DNA of 64,000 nucleotides from Fimbriimonadales bacterium (GTDB lineage Bacteria; Armatimonadota; Fimbriimonadia; Fimbriimonadales; ATM1), in NCBI GenBank assembly GCA_041744215.1, contig JBGTLG010000026.1, positions 1 through 64,000 on the forward strand, read 5' to 3'. The notes under the pieces were generated by a model, which was not told the origin of the DNA, ran no database searches, and was given only the letters and a program-made list of their open reading frames with translations. A program made the position numbers and the translations under genes. Of this stretch, positions 9,714 to 20,182 are shown one piece after another (the first letter of the stretch is position 1; every line of letters starts with the position of its first letter).

Positions 9714-10389
9714 CGGCGCCCCCAAGCCCGAACTCGTCTGAAATCACCCGACCATGCTCGAGTCGGACAACCCGCCGCTGGAACGCGCTGATCGTTTGGA
9801 AGTCGTGCGTCGCCATGATCACAGTCGTCCCACGCGTGTTCACTTGCTCAAGGACGCTGATGATGTCGAGGCTGGTCTCTGGGTCAAGGTGGCCGGTCGG
9901 CTCGTCGGCGACGAGCAGCTTCGGGTTGTTCACCAAAGCGCGCGCGATGGCGATTCGTTGCTGCTCGCCGCCTGAAAGCTCCCTCGGGTAAGCGTCTGAG
10001 CGAAGAATCAAGCCGAACCGGTCGAGGAGGTCGGGGACCCGCGTCCTCGCCTCGCGCCGCGTGTGCCCCGCCGCCCGCATAGCGTACATCAGGTTCTCGT
10101 AAACCTTCTTTTGAGGGAGCAAGCCGATCTCTTGCGGTACGAATCCGATTTGCCGCCGGAGCGACGGGATCCCCGCCTCGGTGATCGTACTCAGGTCGCG
10201 TCCCTCCAGCAGTACCCGACCACTCGTCGCCAGCAACTCCCGAATCAGCAGCTTCAGGAGCGTGGACTTCCCGGAGCCCGTCTGGCCAACCAGGAACAGG
10301 AACTCGCCCTGGACGACCGACAGATTGACGCCGTTGAGGCCAAAAATGGGTCCGGGGTACTCGACGCTAACGTTCTGAAACTCGATCAA
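9706..10389 (-). CDS. ftsE: Cell division ATP-binding protein FtsE
   Basis: GQTGSGKST, LSGGEQQR, ADEPTG, GTTVIMATH; upstream of ftsX. Confidence 0.92.
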   Translation of the reverse strand: MIEFQNVSVEYPGPIFGLNGVNLSVVQGEFLFLVGQTGSGKSTLLKLLIRELLATSGRVLLEGRDLSTITEAGIPSLRRQIGFVPQEIGLLPQKKVYENLMYAMRAAGHTRREARTRVPDLLDRFGLILRSDAYPRELSGGEQQRIAIARALVNNPKLLVADEPTGHLDPETSLDIISVLEQVNTRGTTVIMATHDFQTISAFQRRVVRLEHGRVISDEFGLGGAGA

Positions 10390-10462
10390 GCCCGCTAATT
10401 ATGACGGAACCCAGCGCCGCGCGAATACCCCGCCCGCCTCCCAACGGCCACAATCACAGGCG

Positions 10463-11014
10463 ATGGCAAACGTGGAGCTTCGGATGATCACGCGCGACGA
10501 CCCCATCGTAGGAGACCTTCCGCTCCTCATCCGGTTCGGGTATGCGTCCGAATACTTTTATGATCTTGAATCCCGGGAAACCGCAGCCGGGTTCAGCTGG
10601 TCGCTCATCCGCCGCCCCGCCAGCCCGCCGATCGCCAAGGAGCACCGCTGGATGCCGTTCGAGGATGCGCCGCCCAACGCCAGGGGCTACGTCGCGCTTG
10701 TTGACGGAGAGCCGGCCGGCTATGTGGAGTGCGCCCTCGAGGAGTTCACGAACCTGGTCCGCGTGCTGCACCTGTACGTCCGCCAGGGGTCGCGGCGCAT
10801 GGGCGTCGGGACAAAACTGCTCGAAGGAGTTGAGCAGGCGGCCCGGCATTTTCGGGCGCGCGGCGTCGTCATCGAGACGCAGACGGGCAACGTGCCCGCG
10901 ATCCAGTTCTACCAGAGCATGGGATACACGTTTTGGGGGGTGAACAGCGCGTTCTATACGAACGACGACGTCGCCAAGCGGGATGTCCGGGTTGATTTGG
11001 GCAAGACGCTGTAG
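10463..11014 (+). CDS. GNAT acetyltransferase (streptothricin acetyltransferase-like C-terminus)
   Basis: LYVRQGSRRMGVG, ETQTGNVPAIQFYQSMGY. Confidence 0.82.
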   Translation: MANVELRMITRDDPIVGDLPLLIRFGYASEYFYDLESRETAAGFSWSLIRRPASPPIAKEHRWMPFEDAPPNARGYVALVDGEPAGYVECALEEFTNLVRVLHLYVRQGSRRMGVGTKLLEGVEQAARHFRARGVVIETQTGNVPAIQFYQSMGYTFWGVNSAFYTNDDVAKRDVRVDLGKTL

Positions 11015-11053
11015 GTTCGGCGTTCCGCGTGCGGCTCGCTGCGTGCGGGGAAC

Positions 11054-11200
11054 GACTCCGTGGACCCAATGAGTGACTCCGTGGACGCAATGAGTGACTT
11101 CGTGGACGCAATGAGCGACTCCGTGAGCGCAATGAGTGACTCCGTGGGCGCAATGAGCGACTCCGTGAGTGCAATGAGTGACTCCGTGGGCGCAGTGAAT
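11054..11200. repeat. Tandem repeat, 7 x 21 bp (approx. GACTCCGTGRRCGCAATGAGY)
   Basis: Units start at 11054, 11075, 11096, 11117, 11138, 11159 and 11180; no spacers; between convergent genes. Confidence 0.95.
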
Positions 11201-11253
11201 CACTCGCTGGCGTCACCCCGTAGGGGCGGCAGGGCGGTGTGTTCGCCGACGAT

Positions 11254-12642
11254 TTAGCGGGCGAATCGAGCGAGGATCCAGTCGCTAATCGCCTTCAGGA
11301 CGGCGGGCGCGAAGGTCTCCTCGATGAGCCCGTATTCCCCAGGCGAACCGGTTTCTGCCGTCTGGAACAGGTGATTCAGGCCGGCGAACTCCTTGACCGT
11401 GACATCCTTGTTGCCGCCTTCTCGGAGCGCTTTCTCGATCTCGGGCAGGTTTTGCTTCGCGTCCACCTGGAGGTCGAGGCTGCCGTTGAGCGCGAGGACG
11501 GGGACGGTCACCTTGCGGAGCGCGAGCCTCGGATCGTGGAAGAGGAACGATTGGAGCCACGGCGTGAGCAGGCTGTCGACACCGGCGAGCCATTCGGCGC
11601 GGAGGACTTCGCGTGCTTCGTCCTCGTCGCAAAACGTGTTGACAACTCCGCGGATTTGGTCGGCTGTCGCGTCTTTTCCAGCGGTCTTCATATGGGCGAT
11701 GACGCGGTCCCAAAGGGCGGTTTGCATGTCGATGAGTTCTTGGGAGGCGCCCGCCGAGCCCGCAATGAGCCTTTGCTGGAGGCGCAGGATGTCGTGCCCG
11801 GGCACGCCGGTTCCCGCGAGGAGGATGATGAACGCCACGTTGGGCGATCTTGTGGCGGCGATGGGCGCAATGATGCCGCCTTCGCTGTGGCCGGCGATGC
11901 CGATCTTCTTCTTGTCGATCTCGTCGCGGCCCATGAGGAAATCGACCGCGGCGACGGCGTCGTTGGTGAAGCCTTCGCTTGTTGTGTTGGCGAAGACTCC
12001 GCCTGACTTGGCGACTCCTCGGTCGTCGTACCGGAGGACGGCGATTCCGCGGCGACTGAGGTGGTCGGCAATGATCAGGAATGGACGATGGCCGAGGAGG
12101 AATTCGTCGCGATCCTGTGGTCCGGAGCCTGAAACGAGGACAACGGCCGGAAACGGGCCTTCGCCTTCGGGGGTTGTGAGCGTCCCGGCGAGTTTGTGGC
12201 CTTCCAGCTTGTTCTCGAACTCAACGTCTTCTGCTTTGTACGGGAAGGGTGGAACGGGGTTCTGCGGTCGCTTGGGTTCGTCAACCTTGTCGGTCCGTTT
12301 GAGTTCGAGTGGGAATGTCATGCCGGCCTGCCGGAATTCTCCAGAGATCATCTGGCCGTCTTCGCTGAGCGTGCCTTCGAACTCGAAAGTGAGCACGGGC
12401 GCTGCGAGCTTGAGCTTTCGGTCCGCGAAAGACGTCTGCTCGACAGCGATGCCGGTAACGCCCTGATCGGGGCTGTCCATCGTGGTCTTGTAGCCGTCGC
12501 CATCTTTTGCGATGTGGAAGACGACCCGAAGCTTAATGGTTTGTATCTCGAGGGTGCCGAGCCAGGTGCCCGCTGGATTTGGCTGGGCGATCGAGGCCGC
12601 GAAGAGCGCTGCCGCGCTGAGGACGATGAGCAGTTTGAGCAT
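11254..12642 (-). CDS. Secreted alpha/beta hydrolase
   Basis: Signal peptide, [22 protein letters not shown] nucleophile elbow, GLNHLFQ. Confidence 0.9.
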   Translation of the reverse strand: MLKLLIVLSAAALFAASIAQPNPAGTWLGTLEIQTIKLRVVFHIAKDGDGYKTTMDSPDQGVTGIAVEQTSFADRKLKLAAPVLTFEFEGTLSEDGQMISGEFRQAGMTFPLELKRTDKVDEPKRPQNPVPPFPYKAEDVEFENKLEGHKLAGTLTTPEGEGPFPAVVLVSGSGPQDRDEFLLGHRPFLIIADHLSRRGIAVLRYDDRGVAKSGGVFANTTSEGFTNDAVAAVDFLMGRDEIDKKKIGIAGHSEGGIIAPIAATRSPNVAFIILLAGTGVPGHDILRLQQRLIAGSAGASQELIDMQTALWDRVIAHMKTAGKDATADQIRGVVNTFCDEDEAREVLRAEWLAGVDSLLTPWLQSFLFHDPRLALRKVTVPVLALNGSLDLQVDAKQNLPEIEKALREGGNKDVTVKEFAGLNHLFQTAETGSPGEYGLIEETFAPAVLKAISDWILARFAR

Positions 12643-12749
12643 TGTTGAGAGATTGTACGCGCTCGCTCTTTTGCGCGTTTCTGCTAAGGCCGCCAAACCT
12701 AAAGAGTTGCACGAAGTTTCCGACAATTTTGACAGGAGCGGAAGTTGCG

Positions 12750-13760
12750 TTGGCAAAGACGGCGTTTATCACTGGCATCACTGGACAGGACGGCTCATAT
12801 CTCGCAGAGCTGCTGTTGGGCAAAGGCTACGAAGTTCACGGTCTGATGCGCAGATCGAGCAGCTTCAACACAGGTCGAATAGACGAGATTTATGAAGACC
12901 CTCACGTTGACGACGCGAGACTGACCTTGCACTTCGGCGACCTGGGCGACGGGTCCAATCTTGCGCGGCTATTGACGAAGATTCATCCTGATGAAATCTA
13001 TCACTTGGGCGCGCAAAGCCATGTTCGTGTGAGCTTCGATATCCCGGAATACACCGGCGACGTAACGGGGATTTCCACGCTTCGGCTGTTAGAGGCGATT
13101 CGCGAAACAGAGATTCCTACCAAGTTTTACCAAGCGAGCAGCAGCGAGATGTTTGGCGCAGCGTTGCCACCGCAAAATGAGCTCACTCCGTTTCATCCAC
13201 GCAGCCCGTATGCTGTCGCCAAGGTGTATGCGTATTGGATCACAGTCAACTATCGGGAAGCTTACGATATGTTCGCGTGTAACGGCATTCTATTCAATCA
13301 CGAGTCGCCGCGACGCGGAGAGACGTTTGTAACGAGGAAGATAACGCGCGGGCTTGCGAACATTCTCGCCGGAAAGCAAGACAAGATTTACCTGGGCAAC
13401 TTAGAGGCGCGTCGCGACTGGGGTTATGCGCCTGAGTATGTCGACGCAATGTGGCGGATGCTTCAACACGACACACCCAACGACTACGTTATCGCAACCG
13501 GCGAAACGCATTCGGTTCGCGAGTTCCTCGAGATAGCATTCGGGATCGTGGGCCTCAACTATGAGAAGTATGTCGGCATCGACCCTCGTTACTACCGTCC
13601 GACAGAGGTGGACGTGTTGCTTGGAGACGCGTCGAAAGCAGAGCGAGACCTTGGATGGAAGCCGAAGACAACGTTCGCGGAGCTGGTGCGAATGATGGTT
13701 GAAGCTGACCTCAGGGCAGCTGGAGTGCAAACACCATGTCTCGAATCAGTCGCGGCATAG
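12750..13760 (+). CDS. gmd: GDP-mannose 4,6-dehydratase
   Basis: [43 protein letters not shown] start after AGGAG. Confidence 0.97.
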   Translation: MAKTAFITGITGQDGSYLAELLLGKGYEVHGLMRRSSSFNTGRIDEIYEDPHVDDARLTLHFGDLGDGSNLARLLTKIHPDEIYHLGAQSHVRVSFDIPEYTGDVTGISTLRLLEAIRETEIPTKFYQASSSEMFGAALPPQNELTPFHPRSPYAVAKVYAYWITVNYREAYDMFACNGILFNHESPRRGETFVTRKITRGLANILAGKQDKIYLGNLEARRDWGYAPEYVDAMWRMLQHDTPNDYVIATGETHSVREFLEIAFGIVGLNYEKYVGIDPRYYRPTEVDVLLGDASKAERDLGWKPKTTFAELVRMMVEADLRAAGVQTPCLESVAA

Positions 13761-14695
13761 GGCGCGCACGCGTCGTAGTCACAGGCGGTACCGGGTTTCT
13801 CGGTAGGCACCTCGGTGAGTGCGCAAATCATCATGGCCTTGTCAACCTTCGCTTGCTCGGCTCAGCAGACTATAACTTGACAGATCCAAGCGAATGCCGA
13901 CGGCTCGTCGAGGAAGAGAAGCCAGACATTCTGATTCACGCTGCCGCGGTGTGTGGTGGCATAGGTGCAAACAGGCAGGAGCCCGGTCGGTTCTTCTTCG
14001 ATAACGCAGTGATGGGGATTCATTTGATCGAAGAGGCTCGTAAAGCAGGCGTTGCGAAGTTCGTGCAGCTCGGTACTGTATGCAGCTATCCAAAGTTTGC
14101 GCGGGTTCCGTTTCGAGAAGATGAGCTATGGAACGGATATCCTGAAGAGACTAACGCTCCGTACGGTCTGGCGAAGAAAATGCTCTTGGTGCAGCTCCAG
14201 GCGTACCATCAGCAATATGGTTTCAATGGCATTTACTTGATTCCTGTGAATCTATACGGCCCCTTCGACAACTTCGATCTTGAGACGAGCCATGTGATCC
14301 CCGCGTTGATTCGGAAGTTCGATGAAGCGCGACGCATAGGCGCGCGGCATGTCGTATGCTGGGGCGACGGATCCGCCTCACGCGAGTTTCTGTTTGCGAG
14401 GGATGCTGCGGAGGCGATCTTCCTCGCTGCCGCCGAATACAATGGCTCCGAGCCGATAAACATTGGAACCGGCGTAGAAGTGACAATCAAATCTCTAAGT
14501 GAGATGATCGCTGAGATGATCGGTTACAGTGGCGAAATCCTCTGGGACACCACAAGGCCAAACGGCCAACCTCGGCGAAGACTCGAAACGTCGAAAGCGT
14601 CACAGGAGTTTGGATTCTGCGCCGGGACGTCGCTTAAGGAAGGCCTTCAGCAAACGATTCGCTGGTTTCAAAATCACTCTGCGGTGGCTGCTTGA
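13736..14695 (+). CDS. fcl: GDP-L-fucose synthase
   Basis: [43 protein letters not shown]. Confidence 0.95.
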   Translation: MSRISRGIGRARVVVTGGTGFLGRHLGECANHHGLVNLRLLGSADYNLTDPSECRRLVEEEKPDILIHAAAVCGGIGANRQEPGRFFFDNAVMGIHLIEEARKAGVAKFVQLGTVCSYPKFARVPFREDELWNGYPEETNAPYGLAKKMLLVQLQAYHQQYGFNGIYLIPVNLYGPFDNFDLETSHVIPALIRKFDEARRIGARHVVCWGDGSASREFLFARDAAEAIFLAAAEYNGSEPINIGTGVEVTIKSLSEMIAEMIGYSGEILWDTTRPNGQPRRRLETSKASQEFGFCAGTSLKEGLQQTIRWFQNHSAVAA

Positions 14696-15954
14696 TGAAG
14701 CTATTGCTAATCAATCAGTACTTCGCGCCCGATGTTGCCGCTTCGGGGCAAATCGCTGCCGATATCTGTCGCTCACTTGCGGAAGACTATGACGTTGAAG
14801 TGCACGTGGTTACAGGGGAGCCAAGCTACACGAACGAACACATACCCGCGCCAAGTTATGAGTTGTGGCATGGCGTGCGCATTCATCGCATTCCGATGGG
14901 TCAGGCGCGCGGGAGAATGAAGTTGAGTACTCGCGCAAGGGGTTACCTTCACTTTCTTTCGAAGGCGTCGCGGCTTTCAGATCGTATTGCCCGCGAACAT
15001 AAGATCGACACCGTCATGACGATGACGAATCCGCCTTTTGCGGCGGGGCTTGGACGTCGTTTGAAGCGGCGAGGATTGCGATTCGTGTTCGTAGTACATG
15101 ACATCCATCCCGATGTCTTGATCGCGACTAACTGGGCAAAGCTGCCGAGGCCACTCTTGTCTTTGTGGAGCCATTGGGCGAAGAAGGTGCTGCGCTGTGC
15201 TGACGATGTTGTAGTGCTGGGCGATGTGATGCAGAGGACGATCGTCGAAGACAAGGGAGTTGATCCTTCGCGAGTTCGCGTGATACCCCTGTGGGGCAGG
15301 CCCGAGTTTGCACCGACACGGCCGGATCCAAGGGTCCGAGAGTCGCTTGGATACGGCGAAAGCGAGAAGCTGATCCTCTTTGCGGGAAACATGGGGGTCA
15401 TGCATCCGCTGGATCCGATACTTGATGCGGCAAAGGAACTGGAAAGTCAGGCCGTACGGTTTTTGTTCATCGGTGAGGGCGCGAAGAAGGCTCAGTTAAT
15501 CGACCAATGCCAAGGCATGCGACTACAAAACGTTTCATTCTTGCCTTATCAAGCCGAGGAACGATTCGGACAAATCCTTTCTGCATCCGATGCATGCATT
15601 GTAACGCTCGAACCTGGTTTAGAACGTCTCGCAGTACCGTCGCGTGCCTTCACATTCTTGTCGGCGGGCAAGCCTCTGATCGCGCTAATGGCCCCTGAGG
15701 CTTGTGTCGCCAGAATCGTTACGGAGCATGGATGCGGATGGGTCGTCGACGGAGCCAGAGACATTGCTGATGTTGTGAGGCGGTGTTCTCGCGAAGAGTT
15801 CGCCGACCGGGGATCGAAGAGCCGCCAAACTTATGAAGCCCGGTTTCAGAGGGAGGACGTCATACGCCAGTATGCCGAGCTACTGCTTGGGGCGAGTTAC
15901 GCCGCGGTCTCTAAGTGCTCGGATTCGAGCGAAGTTGGATCGGTCGCAGCCTGA
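14695..15954 (+). CDS. Glycosyltransferase family 4 (WcaI/WbuB-like)
   Basis: LLINQYFAPD, TNPPF, DIHPD, FAGNMG, VPSR..LSAGKPLIA. Confidence 0.88.
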   Translation: MKLLLINQYFAPDVAASGQIAADICRSLAEDYDVEVHVVTGEPSYTNEHIPAPSYELWHGVRIHRIPMGQARGRMKLSTRARGYLHFLSKASRLSDRIAREHKIDTVMTMTNPPFAAGLGRRLKRRGLRFVFVVHDIHPDVLIATNWAKLPRPLLSLWSHWAKKVLRCADDVVVLGDVMQRTIVEDKGVDPSRVRVIPLWGRPEFAPTRPDPRVRESLGYGESEKLILFAGNMGVMHPLDPILDAAKELESQAVRFLFIGEGAKKAQLIDQCQGMRLQNVSFLPYQAEERFGQILSASDACIVTLEPGLERLAVPSRAFTFLSAGKPLIALMAPEACVARIVTEHGCGWVVDGARDIADVVRRCSREEFADRGSKSRQTYEARFQREDVIRQYAELLLGASYAAVSKCSDSSEVGSVAA

Positions 15955-16610
15955 GAGTTCGACAGCAATATCGTTTCCGTCTTTGCTGGCCGAAGCCTTG
16001 CGACTGCGGTGATTGTCGAGACGACACACTTTACATCGGCAATGAGATTGCGATTTCGAACGTAAGCCTTATCCGACTCAATCTTCAATGGTAACAGTTG
16101 CTCGGTGTAAAACTTGATTGGATCTTGCTGCTCAGCAAGAAGCTCTTCTTCGTGCCGGAGCCACAACTGGGTCGGTCCTGTTACGCCAGGTCTGACGCTG
16201 AGAATCTGTCCGAGATCGGTTTCGCTGTAGCATGGGATGTAGCTGTAGGACTGCGGTCGTGGGCCTACAAGGCTCATGTCTCCGATGAGCACATTCCAAA
16301 GTTGAGGAAGTTCATCCAGTTTCGATTTTCGAAGTAGGCGGCCGACCCGGGTCACTCGATCATCATTGGCAACGGTTACTTCAGGACCAATCTTGATCGC
16401 CTGATGGACCATTGTCCTGAACTTCAGCATATGGAACGGTCGCCCACGGCGGCCTGCGCGCCGATGACGAAAGAAGACCGGTCCAGGCGAATCAAGCCTT
16501 ACGGCAATGGCTATGAGACCGAATAGCGGCACTGCAGCAAGGAGTCCACACGCTGCAATGGCGATGTCACCAACGCGCTTCGCCGACTGATCGAAAACGA
16601 GATAGCTCAC
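15897..16610 (-). CDS. Polyprenyl-phosphate sugar (priming) transferase
   Basis: KFRTM, SKLDELPQLWNVLIGDMSLVGPRP, RPGVTG. Confidence 0.92.
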   Translation of the reverse strand: MSYLVFDQSAKRVGDIAIAACGLLAAVPLFGLIAIAVRLDSPGPVFFRHRRAGRRGRPFHMLKFRTMVHQAIKIGPEVTVANDDRVTRVGRLLRKSKLDELPQLWNVLIGDMSLVGPRPQSYSYIPCYSETDLGQILSVRPGVTGPTQLWLRHEEELLAEQQDPIKFYTEQLLPLKIESDKAYVRNRNLIADVKCVVSTITAVARLRPAKTETILLSNSQAATDPTSLESEHLETAA

Positions 16611-16723
16611 TCTCTGATTCCTTAGAAACGCACGTAGAGCATCGCGGCCCGCAAGTTTCTCCCACTTGCATGGTCGGCAAGTTCGGGAAAGAACCTCAGG
16701 TCAGCGGTGAGGTTTAAGCTTGC

Positions 16724-17248
16724 TTAGGAAGCCTTGGATCTCTTGAATCTCATCCGTCTAAAGATAGGCACGAAGAAGATCCAAATTCCGGTGCACCCAA
16801 GGGTGAAAAGCAGGATCGCGATGATAGGCAGAATGTAAGTGTTCATTCCATCCGAGAACCAGCTCAGGTCGTGAAAGTCTTCCGCAATCTGGTCTGTTCT
16901 GAAGGCGACGTTGAGAGGCTCGCCGGTTTTCCCATCCACCTGAACTTCCATGTAGCCCTCCTTGCTTAGCACCTTGAAGATGTTCGACTTGGGCCGATAG
17001 TCAATGCGATCGACATCCGCAAGGGACTGGAGCTCAGGCACTCCTGCGGAAAATGCGCCCTCGGCAGCCATTTGGAGCGAGACGGCCTCGGAAAGACCTT
17101 CGATCTTTGTCCCCTTTTGTTCTGGAGGACGTACCCACCCGAAGCTGCCTTTGGTGGCGAGCAGAAAGCCCGTCGCTGCGATGAGGACCAGGAAGAGCGA
17201 CGAGAGTAATCCGGCCCAGCGGTGAATGGTTCGGAGGCGATGGTACAT
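16724..17248 (-). CDS. PepSY-associated TM helix protein
   Basis: IHRWAGL..TGFLL, DRIDYRP, EVQVDGKTGE, EDFHD plus C-terminal TM. Confidence 0.82.
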   Translation of the reverse strand: MYHRLRTIHRWAGLLSSLFLVLIAATGFLLATKGSFGWVRPPEQKGTKIEGLSEAVSLQMAAEGAFSAGVPELQSLADVDRIDYRPKSNIFKVLSKEGYMEVQVDGKTGEPLNVAFRTDQIAEDFHDLSWFSDGMNTYILPIIAILLFTLGCTGIWIFFVPIFRRMRFKRSKAS

Positions 17249-17325
17249 GGCGATGAGCGTTCGTACCCCAATTTCGGGCCTCGGTGAACTGGAAACCGCT
17301 GTATAATCCCTTGAGGTGAAAGCTG

Positions 17326-18477
17326 ATGGCTGATCGTGTCTACATTTTTGATACCACCCTCCGCGACGGCGAACAGAGCCCTGGGGTAGCTCTTAATGTC
17401 GCCGAGAAGCTCGAAATTGGACACGCATTGGTCGACCTTGGGGTTGACGTCATCGAGGCGGGGTTTCCGATCAGTTCACCGGGTGACTTTGAGAGTGTGC
17501 AGACTCTGTCCCGCGAGTTGAGAGGCGTTACGATTTGCGGTCTGACTCGCGCAAAGCGCGAGGACGTGGAGTGTGCCGGCGAGGCGCTCAAAGGCGCGGA
17601 ACGCCCTCGGATTCACACCGGACTTGGAGTCAGCGACCAGCACCTGGAACACAAACTGCGGATGACCCGCGACCAAGCGCTCGATGCAGGCGTAAACGCT
17701 GTCAAGCTTGCCCGTCAGTTCGCAGACGATGTTGAGTACTTCATGGAGGACTCTGGCCGTGCAGACCCGCAGTACGTGTACCGCGTGGTCGAAGCGGTGA
17801 TCGCGGCGGGTGCAACGGTGATCAATGTCCCCGACACGACCGGTTATACGTTCCCGACGGAGTACATGGCTCTGATAAGGGGAATCATCGAGAACGTCCC
17901 CAACAGCGACAAGGCGATCTTTAGCTGCCATTGCCACAACGACCTTGGCATGGCGACCGCTAACACTCTTGCAGGCGTTGTCGGCGGTGCGCGGCAGGTC
18001 GAGGTGACGGTCAATGGTATCGGTGAACGAGCCGGAAACACGGCTTTGGAAGAGATTGTCACGTCCTTCGAGATACGGAAGGACTTCTTCGGCGTCCAAA
18101 CAAACGTCCAGCTTAAGAAGCTGATGGAGATCAGTCGACTGGTCAGCAGGCTAACAGGAATGATGGTTCAGCGCAATAAAGCTGTGGTGGGCGCCAATGC
18201 CTACGCCCACAGCAGCGGGATTCATCAGGACGGGGTGTTGAAAGACCGTCTTAACTATGAGATTATCTCTCCGGAGTTAGTCGGCGCCGCTCGCAGTGAG
18301 ATCATTCTCACGGCCAGAAGTGGTCGGCACGGGGTGAAGCACCGGCTAGCGGAGATGGGTTTTTCGTTCACAGACGATCGTTTTGAGAAGATCTATGAGA
18401 ACTTCATAAAAGTCGCCGATACCAAGAAGGAAGTCACCGAGGACGACCTAAAAGAATTGGTAGATACGGTAAGGTAG
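17326..18477 (+). CDS. leuA: 2-isopropylmalate synthase, short form lacking the regulatory domain
   Basis: FDTTLRDGEQSPG, PDTTG, HCHNDLG, GIGERAGN, HSSGIHQDG; 383 aa. Confidence 0.85.
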   Translation: MADRVYIFDTTLRDGEQSPGVALNVAEKLEIGHALVDLGVDVIEAGFPISSPGDFESVQTLSRELRGVTICGLTRAKREDVECAGEALKGAERPRIHTGLGVSDQHLEHKLRMTRDQALDAGVNAVKLARQFADDVEYFMEDSGRADPQYVYRVVEAVIAAGATVINVPDTTGYTFPTEYMALIRGIIENVPNSDKAIFSCHCHNDLGMATANTLAGVVGGARQVEVTVNGIGERAGNTALEEIVTSFEIRKDFFGVQTNVQLKKLMEISRLVSRLTGMMVQRNKAVVGANAYAHSSGIHQDGVLKDRLNYEIISPELVGAARSEIILTARSGRHGVKHRLAEMGFSFTDDRFEKIYENFIKVADTKKEVTEDDLKELVDTVR

Positions 18478-18527
18478 GTGGTGCAGGTTAGAGGATCGAC
18501 TTTCTGAAGGTGAAGGTAGGCAACAAA

Positions 18528-18551
18528 AGGGCCCGTCGAGAGACGGGCCCT
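18528..18551. terminator. Intrinsic terminator hairpin between convergent genes
   Basis: AGGGCCCGTC-gaga-GACGGGCCCT with an A-run on the left (U-tract on the minus strand). Confidence 0.8.
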
Positions 18552-18579
18552 ACTACTTTCGCATGCGGTGTCCCCTGGC

Positions 18580-18996
18580 TTACTCCTTCACGAAGACCAT
18601 CGCGCCCTCTTTCTTGTCGACCGCGACGAGCTTCTTTCCGCCGTCTTCTATCGTGAAGACCATTGGTTTCTTGGCATCGGCCTTTTCACTGGGACTGGCG
18701 TCCTTGGTCATGTCCTCAACTGACATCCCCATCGCCTTCTCAAGATTGAGTGTGAGGGTCGATCCAGAGACGGTGTAGCTGCCTTCAAGGGGCACCATCA
18801 TGTTCATCGTGAACGTCTTGTCCGGCTTGAGTTCTAAGCTCAGATTTCCCATCATGCTCTGGGCAAGCGCCGCGGACATAGGATTGTCTGTATCCGTCCC
18901 CTCTAATGAGCCCTTGTACTTCCCGACAACGTTTGCTCCACCGCAACCGGCAACCAGCGTCACGGCAATCACCACAGAGATTAGGTATCGATTCAT
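18580..18996 (-). CDS. Small lipoprotein, predicted beta-barrel
   Basis: Lipobox LVAGC; VVGKY, LELKPDKTF, EGSY. Confidence 0.8.
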   Translation of the reverse strand: MNRYLISVVIAVTLVAGCGGANVVGKYKGSLEGTDTDNPMSAALAQSMMGNLSLELKPDKTFTMNMMVPLEGSYTVSGSTLTLNLEKAMGMSVEDMTKDASPSEKADAKKPMVFTIEDGGKKLVAVDKKEGAMVFVKE

Positions 18997-19064
18997 GAGG
19001 CTATGACGGAACTGCGGACCCCGAAGCCTCCACTGCGCGTGGGCCGGCCAAGTTTCAGCCGAGA

Positions 19065-19736
19065 CTATCTCGCAACGCGTTCGAAGATGTCGAGCCCAGC
19101 GGCGTTCCAGTCGTCGAGGAATCTCTTGAGCCCGCTGTCTGTCAGTGGGTGATTGAACAGTTGGTTCAATACCTTGAACGGCATGGTCGACACGTGTGCG
19201 CCGGCCTGGATCGCTTCGACGACATGCAGTGGGTGCCGGACGCTCGCGACGAGCACTTCGCTGGAAAAGCCGTAGTTTTCAACCATGGCGACCGTGTCTG
19301 CAACAGCCGACATTCCGTCGCCGCTGATGTCGTCGACTCGCCCAACGAAATTGCTTATGTAAGTCGCGCCCGCCTTGGCGGCCATTAGTGCTTGGGAAAC
19401 CGAAAACACGAGCGTGACGTTCGTTCGAATCCCTCGCTTAGAGAGCTCCTTTGTCAGCCGAACGCCATCGCGAATCATAGGAACCTTGACCACGATCTGC
19501 TCATGCCACGATGCGATCTCGAGCGCCTCCTTGAGCATATCATCGTAGTTCGTCGCGACGACCTCCGCGCTGATCGCACCGCCTGGCACCAGCGAGCAAA
19601 TCTCGAGGACCGTCTCTCGGAATCCTCTGCCAGTCTTAGCGATCAGAGTCGGATTCGTTGTGACCCCATCAATAACTCCCCACTCGGCGGCTTGCGCGAC
19701 CTCTGCAACGTCGCCGGTGTCGAGGAATAGCTTCAT
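19065..19736 (-). CDS. Transaldolase / fructose-6-phosphate aldolase family
   Basis: FLDTGD, GVTTNPTL, VVKVP, TNVTLVFS, LVASVRHP, HPLTD. Confidence 0.93.
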   Translation of the reverse strand: MKLFLDTGDVAEVAQAAEWGVIDGVTTNPTLIAKTGRGFRETVLEICSLVPGGAISAEVVATNYDDMLKEALEIASWHEQIVVKVPMIRDGVRLTKELSKRGIRTNVTLVFSVSQALMAAKAGATYISNFVGRVDDISGDGMSAVADTVAMVENYGFSSEVLVASVRHPLHVVEAIQAGAHVSTMPFKVLNQLFNHPLTDSGLKRFLDDWNAAGLDIFERVAR

Positions 19737-19756
19737 GCCTTCGATTCTACCGGAGC

Positions 19757-20155
19757 CTACTGCTTCACAAATCTAACCTTGAGGCCCGCCATTTGTTCTC
19801 CCTGTTCGTCCGACCACCTCGGAGTCAGGGTCTTCCCATCGCGAGAGGAGACAACGGTCAGGGCTAGCCCCTCGGGGGTAGGGGGCTGAATGACGATCGT
19901 GCTGCCATCGGCACTCCACGTCGTTTCGCGCTTATCTCCTTGGTGCGTTAGCGTCGCCTTTCCAGCCGCCTTGAGTTCGATTTTCAGTCCTTCGAAGAAC
20001 TCTCGCACCTCAGCGGCGTCTTCCTGCCGATCCATCGACGCTTCTGCCGATTCGACTTCGACCTCATAAGCTCCAATGTGCGTCGGGGCCGTCCTTCCGC
20101 ACGCAGCGAGCGCAAGAGCGATTGAGGCGATGAAGAAGGCGAGCAGTCGGGACAC
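19757..20155 (-). CDS. Small lipoprotein
   Basis: Lipobox LAAC; IGAY, IELKAAGKA, TWSADG. Confidence 0.7.
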   Translation of the reverse strand: MSRLLAFFIASIALALAACGRTAPTHIGAYEVEVESAEASMDRQEDAAEVREFFEGLKIELKAAGKATLTHQGDKRETTWSADGSTIVIQPPTPEGLALTVVSSRDGKTLTPRWSDEQGEQMAGLKVRFVKQ

Positions 20156-20182
20156 TGCCGATTATGGGCCCAAGTTATCGAG

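Noticed and set aside
11054-11200. CRISPR array
   Set aside because: Units are directly tandem with no unique spacers, and no cas genes are in the window
10454-11203. 249-aa minus-strand ORF with His/Cys heptads
   Set aside because: Mostly antisense to a well-supported GNAT gene; its N-terminus is just the tandem repeat translated
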